From contig CAXGWI010000004.1 of the NCBI GenBank assembly GCA_964013405.1, positions 14,101 through 78,100 on the forward strand: a stretch of 64,000 bases of DNA, written 5' to 3'. Position 1 is the stretch's first letter. Each line of letters opens with the position of its first letter. Position numbers and translations under genes: made by a program. The notes beneath the pieces were generated by a model. It had not been told where the DNA came from. It saw only the letters and a program-made list of their open reading frames with translations, and did not search any database. The stretch is from an uncultured Myxococcales bacterium (GTDB lineage Bacteria; Myxococcota; UBA4151). This document shows positions 16,226-25,079 of this stretch, piece by piece.

Positions 16226-18327
16226 GGGCGGAACCACCGGGCCAACCAGCGGCCATTGATGTTGATCATGAAGGCGTCTTGCTCGGCGAAGGGCAGCACC
16301 CATTCCGAGCCCTCTGCTGTGAATTGCCCCTCAGAAGGACCGTTCTCCTCGTCTTGATAGGCTGCGATCAATACGGGGTCTGGTCCAAGCCAGGGAGCGT
16401 CCAGTTGGACTCGGGCCTCCGTGGCTGAAAACTCCACATGGATCCAATCCGGCTCGATCACTTCGATGGGGCCTGGGCCGCCCTGGCAGTCATAGTTGAC
16501 GAAGGCACCGCTGGGAAAACGCAGTTGGCCCCGCCCATAGGGCGTGAAGATCCATGGCGAAGTGTTCATGAAGAGTTGACCCTGAACATCCCAATTGCGC
16601 AGCCGTTCTTCACCCTCGGGCAGCACGCCATAACCGGTGCCAAAGGTCGGGACGACCCGAGGTCTGGGGACGAGGGTACAGCGCGGAGGATCTTGGCGTT
16701 GGATAGGCACCTCCGCATGATGGAGGAACAGGCCTTGGTTCGGAGCGGTGATCAAGTCAGCGTAGCCATCGTAATCGAGGTCTAGCTTCACGGCAGCGCG
16801 GCTGCTGTGAACGATCTCATCGCTCATGGAGTCGACATGACTTGGCAAGGAGATACCGATCTCTTCGCTGTAGCCCTCGAAGCGAGCATTCTCACCTTGG
16901 AGAAGTAACGTATCTTGGTGGTCGGGACCGCCGATGTCTCCGGCCACCGGGACGATACCCTGACTCACAAAGAGATCCTCCAGTCCGTCTCGGTTCCAAT
17001 CATCGACGACGACCCCCCAGCTATAGATCCATGTTCCATTCCGCACGCCGATCCCGACCCGTACTTCTTCGGCTCGATCCACCGGGCTGCGGCCATCGAA
17101 GCCGATCAGACGGTTGGGCCCCCACTCGGAGATATAGAGGTGGGCACCGAGGCCCTCCACATAAATGTGGCCGAGCCCCATGAAGCTACCCCAGGCCGCA
17201 TCACCCCGAGCAAAGCGCTGGCTCTCAAAAACACAGAGCTCATCCAATGGTGAGCACCGCCAGAAGATGGAGCCGGGATTGAGATCATAAGCCACTTGAA
17301 CGGAGAGCGGACTGGTAAAGGTGTCGTTCATCACCGGAATGTCCATCAGCCCATCATCATTGAAGTCCAGAGCGCCGATGCCGAGGCTCGACCCTTCGTC
17401 GTTGAGTAGGTACCAAGCATGGCGCTCTTCCGGCTCCAGGCTGCCCTCTGGGGTTTGCAGGTAGAGCACGTTTTCTCGCATCTCGGGGTTGCTCTGAGAA
17501 CGAGACTCCGTCTGACAGCCGATGTAGAGATCGACCAGCCCATCGTAGTTGAAATCATGGGCGAGGGCAGCGCCAGCAAAACAGTACCCGCGCCGATCAT
17601 TACGGGGGATCTTAGCCAGTAGGTTGATCCGTTCTTCTTCCGGGTAAAACCGCTGCAGCAGGAGCGTGCCTTGTCCCATGATGAGGAGTTCGTGGAAGCC
17701 GTCGCCCTCTAGGTCGATGGCGCTGGCATTGCTGCGTTCTTCTGCGAAGGTGTCGTGGGGTTGGCAGAATCGTGCCACGGCAACAAAGTCCGTGCGACCC
17801 GGAGTCGACCGGTTCTGGTACAGGCAGGCCGGGCTACCGTCGCCGTCCTTCGGGTTGCTGGCCAGGTAGAGATCGAGATCCCCATCCCCATCGTAGTCGA
17901 GCAGGGCAAGACCAATACCGTAACCATTGGTCTCGTAGCCATGATGACTTGCGAAGGGCTCGGCCATACGGCGCTCGAGGAGAACGCCGTGCTCGGCCTC
18001 AGGCCGGTCGACGCAACGCTGTTGAAAGCAGCGCTGAGTTGGGGGGCAGTCCGGGTGGTGCCAACAGGTACCCTCAGCGCAATGTCCTGTTTCGAGACAG
18101 GACGCTCCCTCCGGACAGTCGCTTTGGCTTGTGCACGGAGTGGGTTCGCAGGCTTCGCAACTCGGAAAGTAATCAGGCCGTGAAACCCCGCCGTCTTGGC
18201 CGGTGAGACCAGCGTCCGAAACAGGAGCAATACCCCCGTCTGAGGACGGTGGTGGCCCCCCGTCCGGTGGCGGAGATGCCCCGGGGCAGGCGCAGACCAG
18301 CGCGGCGATTAAGGCAGTTCGAACCAT
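16222..18327 (-). CDS. Cys-rich / FG-GAP propeller lipoprotein, RWF-tail family member 2
   Basis: MVRTALIAALVCA-CP signal, the same motif series, C-terminal RWLARWF. Confidence 0.8.
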   Translation of the reverse strand: MVRTALIAALVCACPGASPPPDGGPPPSSDGGIAPVSDAGLTGQDGGVSRPDYFPSCEACEPTPCTSQSDCPEGASCLETGHCAEGTCWHHPDCPPTQRCFQQRCVDRPEAEHGVLLERRMAEPFASHHGYETNGYGIGLALLDYDGDGDLDLYLASNPKDGDGSPACLYQNRSTPGRTDFVAVARFCQPHDTFAEERSNASAIDLEGDGFHELLIMGQGTLLLQRFYPEEERINLLAKIPRNDRRGYCFAGAALAHDFNYDGLVDLYIGCQTESRSQSNPEMRENVLYLQTPEGSLEPEERHAWYLLNDEGSSLGIGALDFNDDGLMDIPVMNDTFTSPLSVQVAYDLNPGSIFWRCSPLDELCVFESQRFARGDAAWGSFMGLGHIYVEGLGAHLYISEWGPNRLIGFDGRSPVDRAEEVRVGIGVRNGTWIYSWGVVVDDWNRDGLEDLFVSQGIVPVAGDIGGPDHQDTLLLQGENARFEGYSEEIGISLPSHVDSMSDEIVHSSRAAVKLDLDYDGYADLITAPNQGLFLHHAEVPIQRQDPPRCTLVPRPRVVPTFGTGYGVLPEGEERLRNWDVQGQLFMNTSPWIFTPYGRGQLRFPSGAFVNYDCQGGPGPIEVIEPDWIHVEFSATEARVQLDAPWLGPDPVLIAAYQDEENGPSEGQFTAEGSEWVLPFAEQDAFMININGRWLARWFRP

Positions 18328-20381
18328 CGAGCGATCCAGCGATTGTCCAAGGCGACCATGAGCCCATCGTCGCCCGGTTGGCTTGCCAGGGCAAGACGGG
18401 GGGCGGCGGGCTGCTCTTCGAGGCGAACCCCACCGGGGGAGCGATAGGCAAGCGTGACCCGCTGCACCGGCTCAGTGGTCCATTGGAGATCCAGGACCAA
18501 CTGACCATCCTGGAAGCGCAACCACTCCGGTTCCACCAGTTGCAATGGGCCAGCCTCGTCCTGGCAGTCGTAGTCCATTTCAAAGCCACTGGCGAAGCGG
18601 AAGCGCCCTCGTTGCCAGGGAACGACGGGCCAGGGACTGGTGCCGAAGTAAATCTGACCGGCGACATCCCATCGTCGCCAGGAGGCGCTTTCCTGATCTC
18701 GATAGGCGTGGCCCAAACCGAAGGTCGGTACATAACGGTCCACCGGCTTGATCGTACATCGAGGCGTTTGGGAAGGTAATGGGACTTCGCTGTGGAAGCG
18801 GGGCCGACCCTCAAAGGCCGCACTGATGATCTCCAAATAACCGTCACTATCGAGATCGGCCTTCACCGCACCTCGACTGGAGTAAAAACGCTGGTCATCG
18901 CCACTGTCGAGTCGGTCGTGACGGGAAATCCCCACCTCGTCGGTGTAGGCCTCGAAACGACCCGCTCGCTGTAAAAAGATGACGTCGTAATGCTCCTCGC
19001 CGGTGGATGCCGAGCCCGGCGCTTCTTCTAGGCCCTGAGCGAGAAAGAGGTCGTCCTTGCCATCTCGATCAAAGTCATCGGCGAGGGCTCCCCAGGCGAA
19101 GAGTAATTGCTCGTCCACGTCCCCGGGTAGGTCCACACCCCACTCGATCCGTCGGTCCACGGGTTGCAGGTCTTCATCCCAACTCACCAAGCGGTTGGGA
19201 CCAAAATCGCTGAGGAAGAGATGCTCCCCCAGGCCTTCCAGAAAGAGGTTGGCCACGCCCATGTAGGAGCCGCTTTGCCCATTGCCCTGGCCGAAGAACC
19301 GCAAAGGGTAGGGAAGTTCGGCGCCGGGGCCTGATCGCAAGATCACGAGGCCGGGAGCTGAATCCGAGACCAACTCCGGCATGGCCAGGGTCGTGAAACT
19401 GTCGTTCGCCAGGACCAAGTCAATGATACCATTATGGTCGATGTCGATGGCACCTATGGCCAAGGTGTTGCCGCCGTTGACGAGGTCATCCCAGGGATAG
19501 CCCTGCATCACGGTAAACTGCCCGTCTGGACCTTGGCGCAGCGGAATGTTCTCCATCCAAAGGTGGCCTTGGGGACCAGAGGCTCGGGGGGTGGTTTGAC
19601 AGGCGACGTAGAGATCGAGGAGGCCGTCTAGATCCAGATCGACCGGCAGTGCCGTGGCCACATTGCAACCAGAGCGACGGTCCTCATCGGGTACCATGGC
19701 TAAGAGGTCGATTAACTCCACCTCTGGAAAGAAGCGCTGCAGCAAGAGCGTACGATTCCCCGTCATGAGCAACTCATGGCGGCCGTCCCCGTCGAGATCC
19801 ACGCCCTGGCCGCCCTCGCGGAAGCCTGAGCCAGGCTCACAATGCTCGGGAACGGGCGTCAAAATGAGTTCGCTCGGGGTACTCTCGTTGGCGTAGAGAC
19901 AGGCCGGTCGATCCCCAGGGCCCAGTGGCAGCGGGTAGTGACTCGCCAAGTAGAGGTCGAGGTCCCCGTCCCCATCGGCATCCAACAGAGCCCCGCCAAA
20001 GCCATCACTGAAGGTCGTGGGTAGGCGGCTGAAGTGGTTGAGGCCCGGTTCGGGGAATCGACGCTCAAAGATCACACCGAACTCACTGCTTGGGCGCATC
20101 AGGCAGCGGTTCTCAGAGCAACGTTCTTCAGCCCCGCAGTCCGGGTGTCCGTAGCACTCGCCCCGATAGCACCGACCCAGCGTCGAACACTGCTCGTCTA
20201 CAGCACAGTCCCCATCGGCCTCACAGGCCCCTGGGATCGGCGGCGGTCCAGCGTCGGAGGCGGCGCCGCCGTCAGTGGTTTGGCCTGCATCGATGGGCGG
20301 GACGCCGGCATCTTCAAGCTCGACGGGCTCTGGGCAGCCGAGGGCCAGGCCGATAACGAAAAATCTTAGCGTACGAACCAT
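18309..20381 (-). CDS. Cys-rich / FG-GAP propeller lipoprotein, RWF-tail family member 3
   Basis: MVRTLRFFVIGLALG-CP signal (alternative start 20393), the same motif series, C-terminal RWIARWF. Confidence 0.8.
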   Translation of the reverse strand: MVRTLRFFVIGLALGCPEPVELEDAGVPPIDAGQTTDGGAASDAGPPPIPGACEADGDCAVDEQCSTLGRCYRGECYGHPDCGAEERCSENRCLMRPSSEFGVIFERRFPEPGLNHFSRLPTTFSDGFGGALLDADGDGDLDLYLASHYPLPLGPGDRPACLYANESTPSELILTPVPEHCEPGSGFREGGQGVDLDGDGRHELLMTGNRTLLLQRFFPEVELIDLLAMVPDEDRRSGCNVATALPVDLDLDGLLDLYVACQTTPRASGPQGHLWMENIPLRQGPDGQFTVMQGYPWDDLVNGGNTLAIGAIDIDHNGIIDLVLANDSFTTLAMPELVSDSAPGLVILRSGPGAELPYPLRFFGQGNGQSGSYMGVANLFLEGLGEHLFLSDFGPNRLVSWDEDLQPVDRRIEWGVDLPGDVDEQLLFAWGALADDFDRDGKDDLFLAQGLEEAPGSASTGEEHYDVIFLQRAGRFEAYTDEVGISRHDRLDSGDDQRFYSSRGAVKADLDSDGYLEIISAAFEGRPRFHSEVPLPSQTPRCTIKPVDRYVPTFGLGHAYRDQESASWRRWDVAGQIYFGTSPWPVVPWQRGRFRFASGFEMDYDCQDEAGPLQLVEPEWLRFQDGQLVLDLQWTTEPVQRVTLAYRSPGGVRLEEQPAAPRLALASQPGDDGLMVALDNRWIARWFELP

Positions 20382-22540
20382 CGGGCCAACCATCGTCCTT
20401 CGATCCGTAACAGGAAGGGGACGCCTCTCGGAACATCGTTGTCTGTGAGCCGGAACCGGCCGGGCTCGAAGGGGTGAACTTGAACTCGATCACCATCCCT
20501 CTGCTGAAGATAAACAAAGGCAGGCGGGGCGCCTAGCCAGGGGGGCTCGATCGTGAGCGCATCGCCTTCAAGTTGAATCCAGTCGGGCTCCTCCACCACG
20601 AGAGGACCGGCGCCGCCCTCGCAATCAAAGGGGACTTGGGCCCCCGAAGGGAACCGGAGCCAGCCCCGGTTCATAGGCGCCAAAATCCATGGCGAGGTGC
20701 TGACTCGGTGTTGCCCTTGGAGATCCCATTGGCGCCAGCGTTGCCGGTTGGGTTCGGCGACGGCGTGACCCAGTCCAAAGCCAGGGACGACTCGGTCCAC
20801 GGGAATCAAGTGACAGCGAGGATCTTGGTCGATGACGGGCTGTTCTGAGTGGATGAGAAGATGACCTTCGAGACCGGCCACCAAGATCTCGAGCCAGCCA
20901 TCGCCATCGAGGTCCGTTCTGGCAGCCCCCCGGCTTGAGAAGGGGCGGTTCGGTTCGGTGGAGTCCAGCGTACTGGCCTCGTCGAAGCCGAGTTCTGTAT
21001 CGTAAGGCTCGAATCGCCCATCGCGCTGGAGGAAGATACGGTCTTGGTGCGCCTGCCAACTCGAATTGGGCTGGCCATTCATCAGACCGGGCAGCGGGCC
21101 TTGAGCCAGGAAGACATCATCTTGACCGTCTCGGTCAAAGTCATCGACGACGATGCCCCAGGCAAAGTTGGGATTTTCCGGTGCGCCGGGGTCGGCCATG
21201 CCCAGTGACCGGGCGTTGTCCTCAGCAGGCTGGCGACCGAAATCAAGGAGCCGGTTCGGCCCCTCATCGCTTAACAGGATGAGATCCCGTTCATCGACAT
21301 GGAGCCGGGCGACCCCCATTAAGCTGTCGTTCGCGACGATGAGATCCAGCAGGCCGTCGTCATCGAGATCGGTGGCGCTGACCCCCAAGGCACTACCATC
21401 GTCGCGCAGGAAGCCCAGGTCACCGTGATCGTCCACCAAGCCGAGAGCTCCTTCCTCGTCTTGGCGCCAAAACCGGTTCTCCATGGCCACAAAACGAAGG
21501 GCGTTGGCCGGTCGCTCCTCAAGAACGCAACGTTCATTGAAGCCGGTGAGGACACGGGAAAGACCCGTGTCACAGGCTGGCAGGCCGAGGCCCAGGTCTT
21601 CATATGCACAGGGCTCGCCGGGGAGGCAGCGTCGATATGCACCGCCTAGCAAGGGGTGATATTGGAGTTCTGGCGTCCCCTCGAGCAGGGCCATGGCTTC
21701 CTGGATTACATGGGCGCCGAACTGGCAACCGACGACCAGGTCGACACGACCGTCCATGTCGAGATCGAGGGAAGAAAAGCTCCCCCCAAGGCAACGTCGG
21801 GCCGGATGGTCTTCGGGGAGACCGGCGAGGAGATCGATTCGGCGCTGGCGCCGAAAGTCGATCAACTCCGTCAGCCCCAAGCCGAACCGTACGAGTTCGT
21901 GATGGCCATCGCCATCGAGATCCATGGCCGCGGCGCCGACGGATTCACCGTCGGTGGCATCACAATAGGCGGTGACCGGCTCGAAATGCAGGAAGCCTGG
22001 CCGACTGAGGTTTTCGTAGAGGCAATTAGGGGTCCTGTCCTGTCGCTGGTAGGGCGTCGTCACATAGACATCCAGATCCTGATCCCCATCGAAATCGAGC
22101 AGTGCGAAGCCAAATCCGTAGCCCCCTGACTGACGGCCATAACGATCGCCGCTCCGGTGGCTCGTCAGTTCGCCGGCGAGGCGCCGTTGAAACCTGGGCA
22201 AACTTCGCCGTTGCCGTCGCTGTCCGCACAGACCCTCCACACAGTAGGCAGTCTCGCCGCAATCCCCGTGCGTAAGACACTCGCCATCATGGCAGGCCCC
22301 GGTCACCGAGCAGGCACGCCCGTCTTCGCAGGGCCGGTCATCTGAGCACGGAACTGTACCCCCATCGGGCGGCCTTTGGGATACGTCCCTTTGCGATCCC
22401 CCATCTGGGGCCATATTCCAGCCGCTGTCCTGGCGGGCCTGGACAGGCGCACCAACGTCGGCTGGGGGAGCCTGTTGTTGGGCGCAAGCCATGGACCCAA
22501 GGGCCAGAAGGAGGAGGCTGTGCCCTCGGCGTGGCGTCAT
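20366..22540 (-). CDS. Cys-rich / FG-GAP propeller lipoprotein, RWF-tail family member 4 (internally rearranged)
   Basis: MTPRRGHSLLLLALGSMA-C signal with ATGA overlap at 22537-22540 (alternative start 22564). C-terminal RWLARWF. Confidence 0.78.
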   Translation of the reverse strand: MTPRRGHSLLLLALGSMACAQQQAPPADVGAPVQARQDSGWNMAPDGGSQRDVSQRPPDGGTVPCSDDRPCEDGRACSVTGACHDGECLTHGDCGETAYCVEGLCGQRRQRRSLPRFQRRLAGELTSHRSGDRYGRQSGGYGFGFALLDFDGDQDLDVYVTTPYQRQDRTPNCLYENLSRPGFLHFEPVTAYCDATDGESVGAAAMDLDGDGHHELVRFGLGLTELIDFRRQRRIDLLAGLPEDHPARRCLGGSFSSLDLDMDGRVDLVVGCQFGAHVIQEAMALLEGTPELQYHPLLGGAYRRCLPGEPCAYEDLGLGLPACDTGLSRVLTGFNERCVLEERPANALRFVAMENRFWRQDEEGALGLVDDHGDLGFLRDDGSALGVSATDLDDDGLLDLIVANDSLMGVARLHVDERDLILLSDEGPNRLLDFGRQPAEDNARSLGMADPGAPENPNFAWGIVVDDFDRDGQDDVFLAQGPLPGLMNGQPNSSWQAHQDRIFLQRDGRFEPYDTELGFDEASTLDSTEPNRPFSSRGAARTDLDGDGWLEILVAGLEGHLLIHSEQPVIDQDPRCHLIPVDRVVPGFGLGHAVAEPNRQRWRQWDLQGQHRVSTSPWILAPMNRGWLRFPSGAQVPFDCEGGAGPLVVEEPDWIQLEGDALTIEPPWLGAPPAFVYLQQRDGDRVQVHPFEPGRFRLTDNDVPRGVPFLLRIEGRWLARWFVR

Positions 22541-24942
22541 GGCTCCTGGCGGGTCGGGAACCATCGGGGCAACCAGCGTCCGTCGATTTTAAACATCATT
22601 TGATCCTCGTCCGGTCGCGGCGTGAGGTCCCAGCCGACCCCATCGTGGAATGTGCCCACTTCGCGAACGCCCGAGGGGGATTGAAACAAGACACGGAACT
22701 GGGGAATCCCCCGTCCCGTCCATTGGGTATTGAGCCGAAGTTTCGTGACATTCTCTTGGTAGAGGATTCGGATCCACTCCGGTTCCTCGACGATGACCGG
22801 GCCGGGGCCATCCTGGCAATCGAACTCGATGATCGCACCGCTGGGAAACCGGAGTCTCCCCTCGTTTATGGTGCTGAGGATGTAGGGGCTTGCCCCGAAA
22901 CGTAGCTGCCCCTGCATATCCCGCCGCCGCCATGCATCCCCGCTGCGACCGGCCACTTCGTAACCAAAGCCGTATGCAGGTACGTATCGAGGTCGAGGCA
23001 CCAGGGTGCAGCGAGGCAAGACCTCGGCCCGAGTGGGAACCTCTGACTGGATCCGCAGGTGACCCTCCATGGGCAGGGTGAGGATTTCGACAAAGCCATC
23101 ATTATCGAGGTCGGCCTTGACGGCCCCCCGGCTCGAATAAACCCAGTCACTGCCGGGGGCATCGATCTGATCGTGGATACTGAGCCCAACCTCTTCCGGT
23201 CCGAGGGCGAGAAACTGTCCATCAGCCTCTTGGAGAAAGAGCCCATCATAATGGGCCTCGAAGACGCCCACCCGTGGCGAGGGCACGGAGCCCGTACTGA
23301 CGTAGATGTCGTCCCGCCCATCCCGATCAAAGTCTTCGACGACAACTCCCCAGGCGAATAAATCGAATTCGCCATTGTAGCCCATATCGATGTCGAGCAG
23401 CCTACCCACATCGATGGGGTTACGATTCTCGTAGCGAGTGCATCGGTTGGGGGCGGCATCGCTCACATAGATGTGATCTCCCGAGCCCTCGATATGGACG
23501 TTACCAAGGCCCATAAAGCTGCCCCAGGCTTCAGTCCCCGGCCCCAGGCCCCGCCAGGTCCAAGTGCAATCTTCGGCCGGCGCACAACGAAAATAGACGC
23601 CGCCCGGCGGCATCGGCGTGTGCTCGTCCCCGGAGTTGACGTCGGAGAACGTGTCATTCGCCACCACCAGATCGAGGAGGCCGTCCCGATCCACATCGAT
23701 CTGGCCCAGCCCGAGCCCAGAACCATCATCTTCAAGGCCATAGCGATCCCCTTGGCGGTCGATCAAAGCCTCGTCATCGCTAAGTATGAATTGCCCGGAC
23801 TCGTCTTGAAGAAAGACCTGATTGAGCAGCACGGGAATGTGCATGATTTGTTCCCGGTCGGGCATGTTGTTCATGGATAGGCTCTGCATTTGACAGCCGA
23901 TGATCAAATCGGATCGGCCATCCAAGTTGAGGTCCATGGTGGAGACCGCACCGGCGTTGCAGCCCTTGCGCTCATCATCATCGGCCAACTGAGCGTTGAG
24001 GTCGACGATTTCCACTTCGGGATGAAAGCGCCAAAGTTGGAGCACGCCCTCGCCGAGCGCTAACAACTCCGAGTAGCCATCGCCCTCCACATCAAGCCCC
24101 CAACCGGAGCTGATTTTACCCAATTCAAAGCCGCAAAAAGTCTCGGTTGCTCGAAAGCGGAGGTCGCCTGGTATCGACACGTTCTCGTAGACGCACGCGG
24201 CGGTTTCATCTTCTCGCTCAAGTAGCTTTTGTCGATAGCCCAAAAAGACATCCAGATCGTTATCTCCATCGAAGTCGAGGAGGGCTCCACCCAGCCCATA
24301 GCCGCGAAAGGCCCCGAATGGCTCCCGGGCCATGTGGTCGGTAAGTGGGGCTGCAAAACGACGTTCGAACTGGATCCCGAGGGCCGGGTCGATCCGACCA
24401 AGGCACCGTCCCTGGCTGCACCGTTGGGTGGGGCTGCAATCATCGTGAACAAGGCATTCGCCCGTAAAACACAGCCCGTGGGACGAGCAGGTCCAATCGA
24501 GGCCGCAATCCCCATCGGCCTCGCAGGCGGCTTCGCCGAGAAGGATACACCGTTGTTCTTGGCATGCTTCGCCGCTCGCGCAGTCTGAGATGCTCGCACA
24601 TTGACTTGGGCCGCATTGGCCCTCCTCGCAGATTTGTCCCTCTGGGCAACGGTCGTCGCCGGCGCAACCACTTGCGCAGGCGCCATCCCGACAAAGGGAG
24701 CCCAAGTCGCACTGATCGTCCGCTGTGCAGACGAGCTGACAGGTTCCGGAGGGGTCACAGCGTTCGTTCGCCGCACAGTCGCATTTCACGACGCACACAC
24801 CGTCATCGCAGCGCTCGGTATCTTGGCAGAGTGAGCAGGGATCTAGAGCGGCATCTTGGACCCCCGTATCCGGCTGGAGGTCCCCCGGCGCCGGACAGGC
24901 CAGTAGCAGTGGCAGGGCAAGCCAGATCCCGTGGATTCGCAT
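22537..24942 (-). CDS. Cys-rich / FG-GAP propeller lipoprotein, RWF-tail family member 5
   Basis: MRIHGIWLALPLLLA-CP signal, long Cys-repeat region, C-terminal RWLPRWF. Confidence 0.8.
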   Translation of the reverse strand: MRIHGIWLALPLLLACPAPGDLQPDTGVQDAALDPCSLCQDTERCDDGVCVVKCDCAANERCDPSGTCQLVCTADDQCDLGSLCRDGACASGCAGDDRCPEGQICEEGQCGPSQCASISDCASGEACQEQRCILLGEAACEADGDCGLDWTCSSHGLCFTGECLVHDDCSPTQRCSQGRCLGRIDPALGIQFERRFAAPLTDHMAREPFGAFRGYGLGGALLDFDGDNDLDVFLGYRQKLLEREDETAACVYENVSIPGDLRFRATETFCGFELGKISSGWGLDVEGDGYSELLALGEGVLQLWRFHPEVEIVDLNAQLADDDERKGCNAGAVSTMDLNLDGRSDLIIGCQMQSLSMNNMPDREQIMHIPVLLNQVFLQDESGQFILSDDEALIDRQGDRYGLEDDGSGLGLGQIDVDRDGLLDLVVANDTFSDVNSGDEHTPMPPGGVYFRCAPAEDCTWTWRGLGPGTEAWGSFMGLGNVHIEGSGDHIYVSDAAPNRCTRYENRNPIDVGRLLDIDMGYNGEFDLFAWGVVVEDFDRDGRDDIYVSTGSVPSPRVGVFEAHYDGLFLQEADGQFLALGPEEVGLSIHDQIDAPGSDWVYSSRGAVKADLDNDGFVEILTLPMEGHLRIQSEVPTRAEVLPRCTLVPRPRYVPAYGFGYEVAGRSGDAWRRRDMQGQLRFGASPYILSTINEGRLRFPSGAIIEFDCQDGPGPVIVEEPEWIRILYQENVTKLRLNTQWTGRGIPQFRVLFQSPSGVREVGTFHDGVGWDLTPRPDEDQMMFKIDGRWLPRWFPTRQEP
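24436..24526 (-). repeat. 91-bp inverted repeat, left copy (inside member 5)
   Basis: Its reverse complement matches 25520-25610 at 89 of 91 nt. Encodes CEADGDCGLDWTCSSHGLCFTGECLVHDDC. Confidence 0.95.
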
Positions 24943-25079
24943 GCTCGTCACGTCTCGATTCCTTTTCTTGGCGGCAGCTTAGCCCGAATCTCGCCACCCG
25001 CCTATTTCAGTTCTCAAAAACGGGCTCAAGGCTTCCGAACTTGCTGCTAGCGGTCCCGTCCACTAACAATCCCATAGCC

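Noticed and set aside
24564..25079. 172-aa N-terminal extension of the 978-aa ORF
   Set aside because: It overlaps member 5 on the opposite strand and looks like shadow sequence. The signal peptide begins at ATG 25080.
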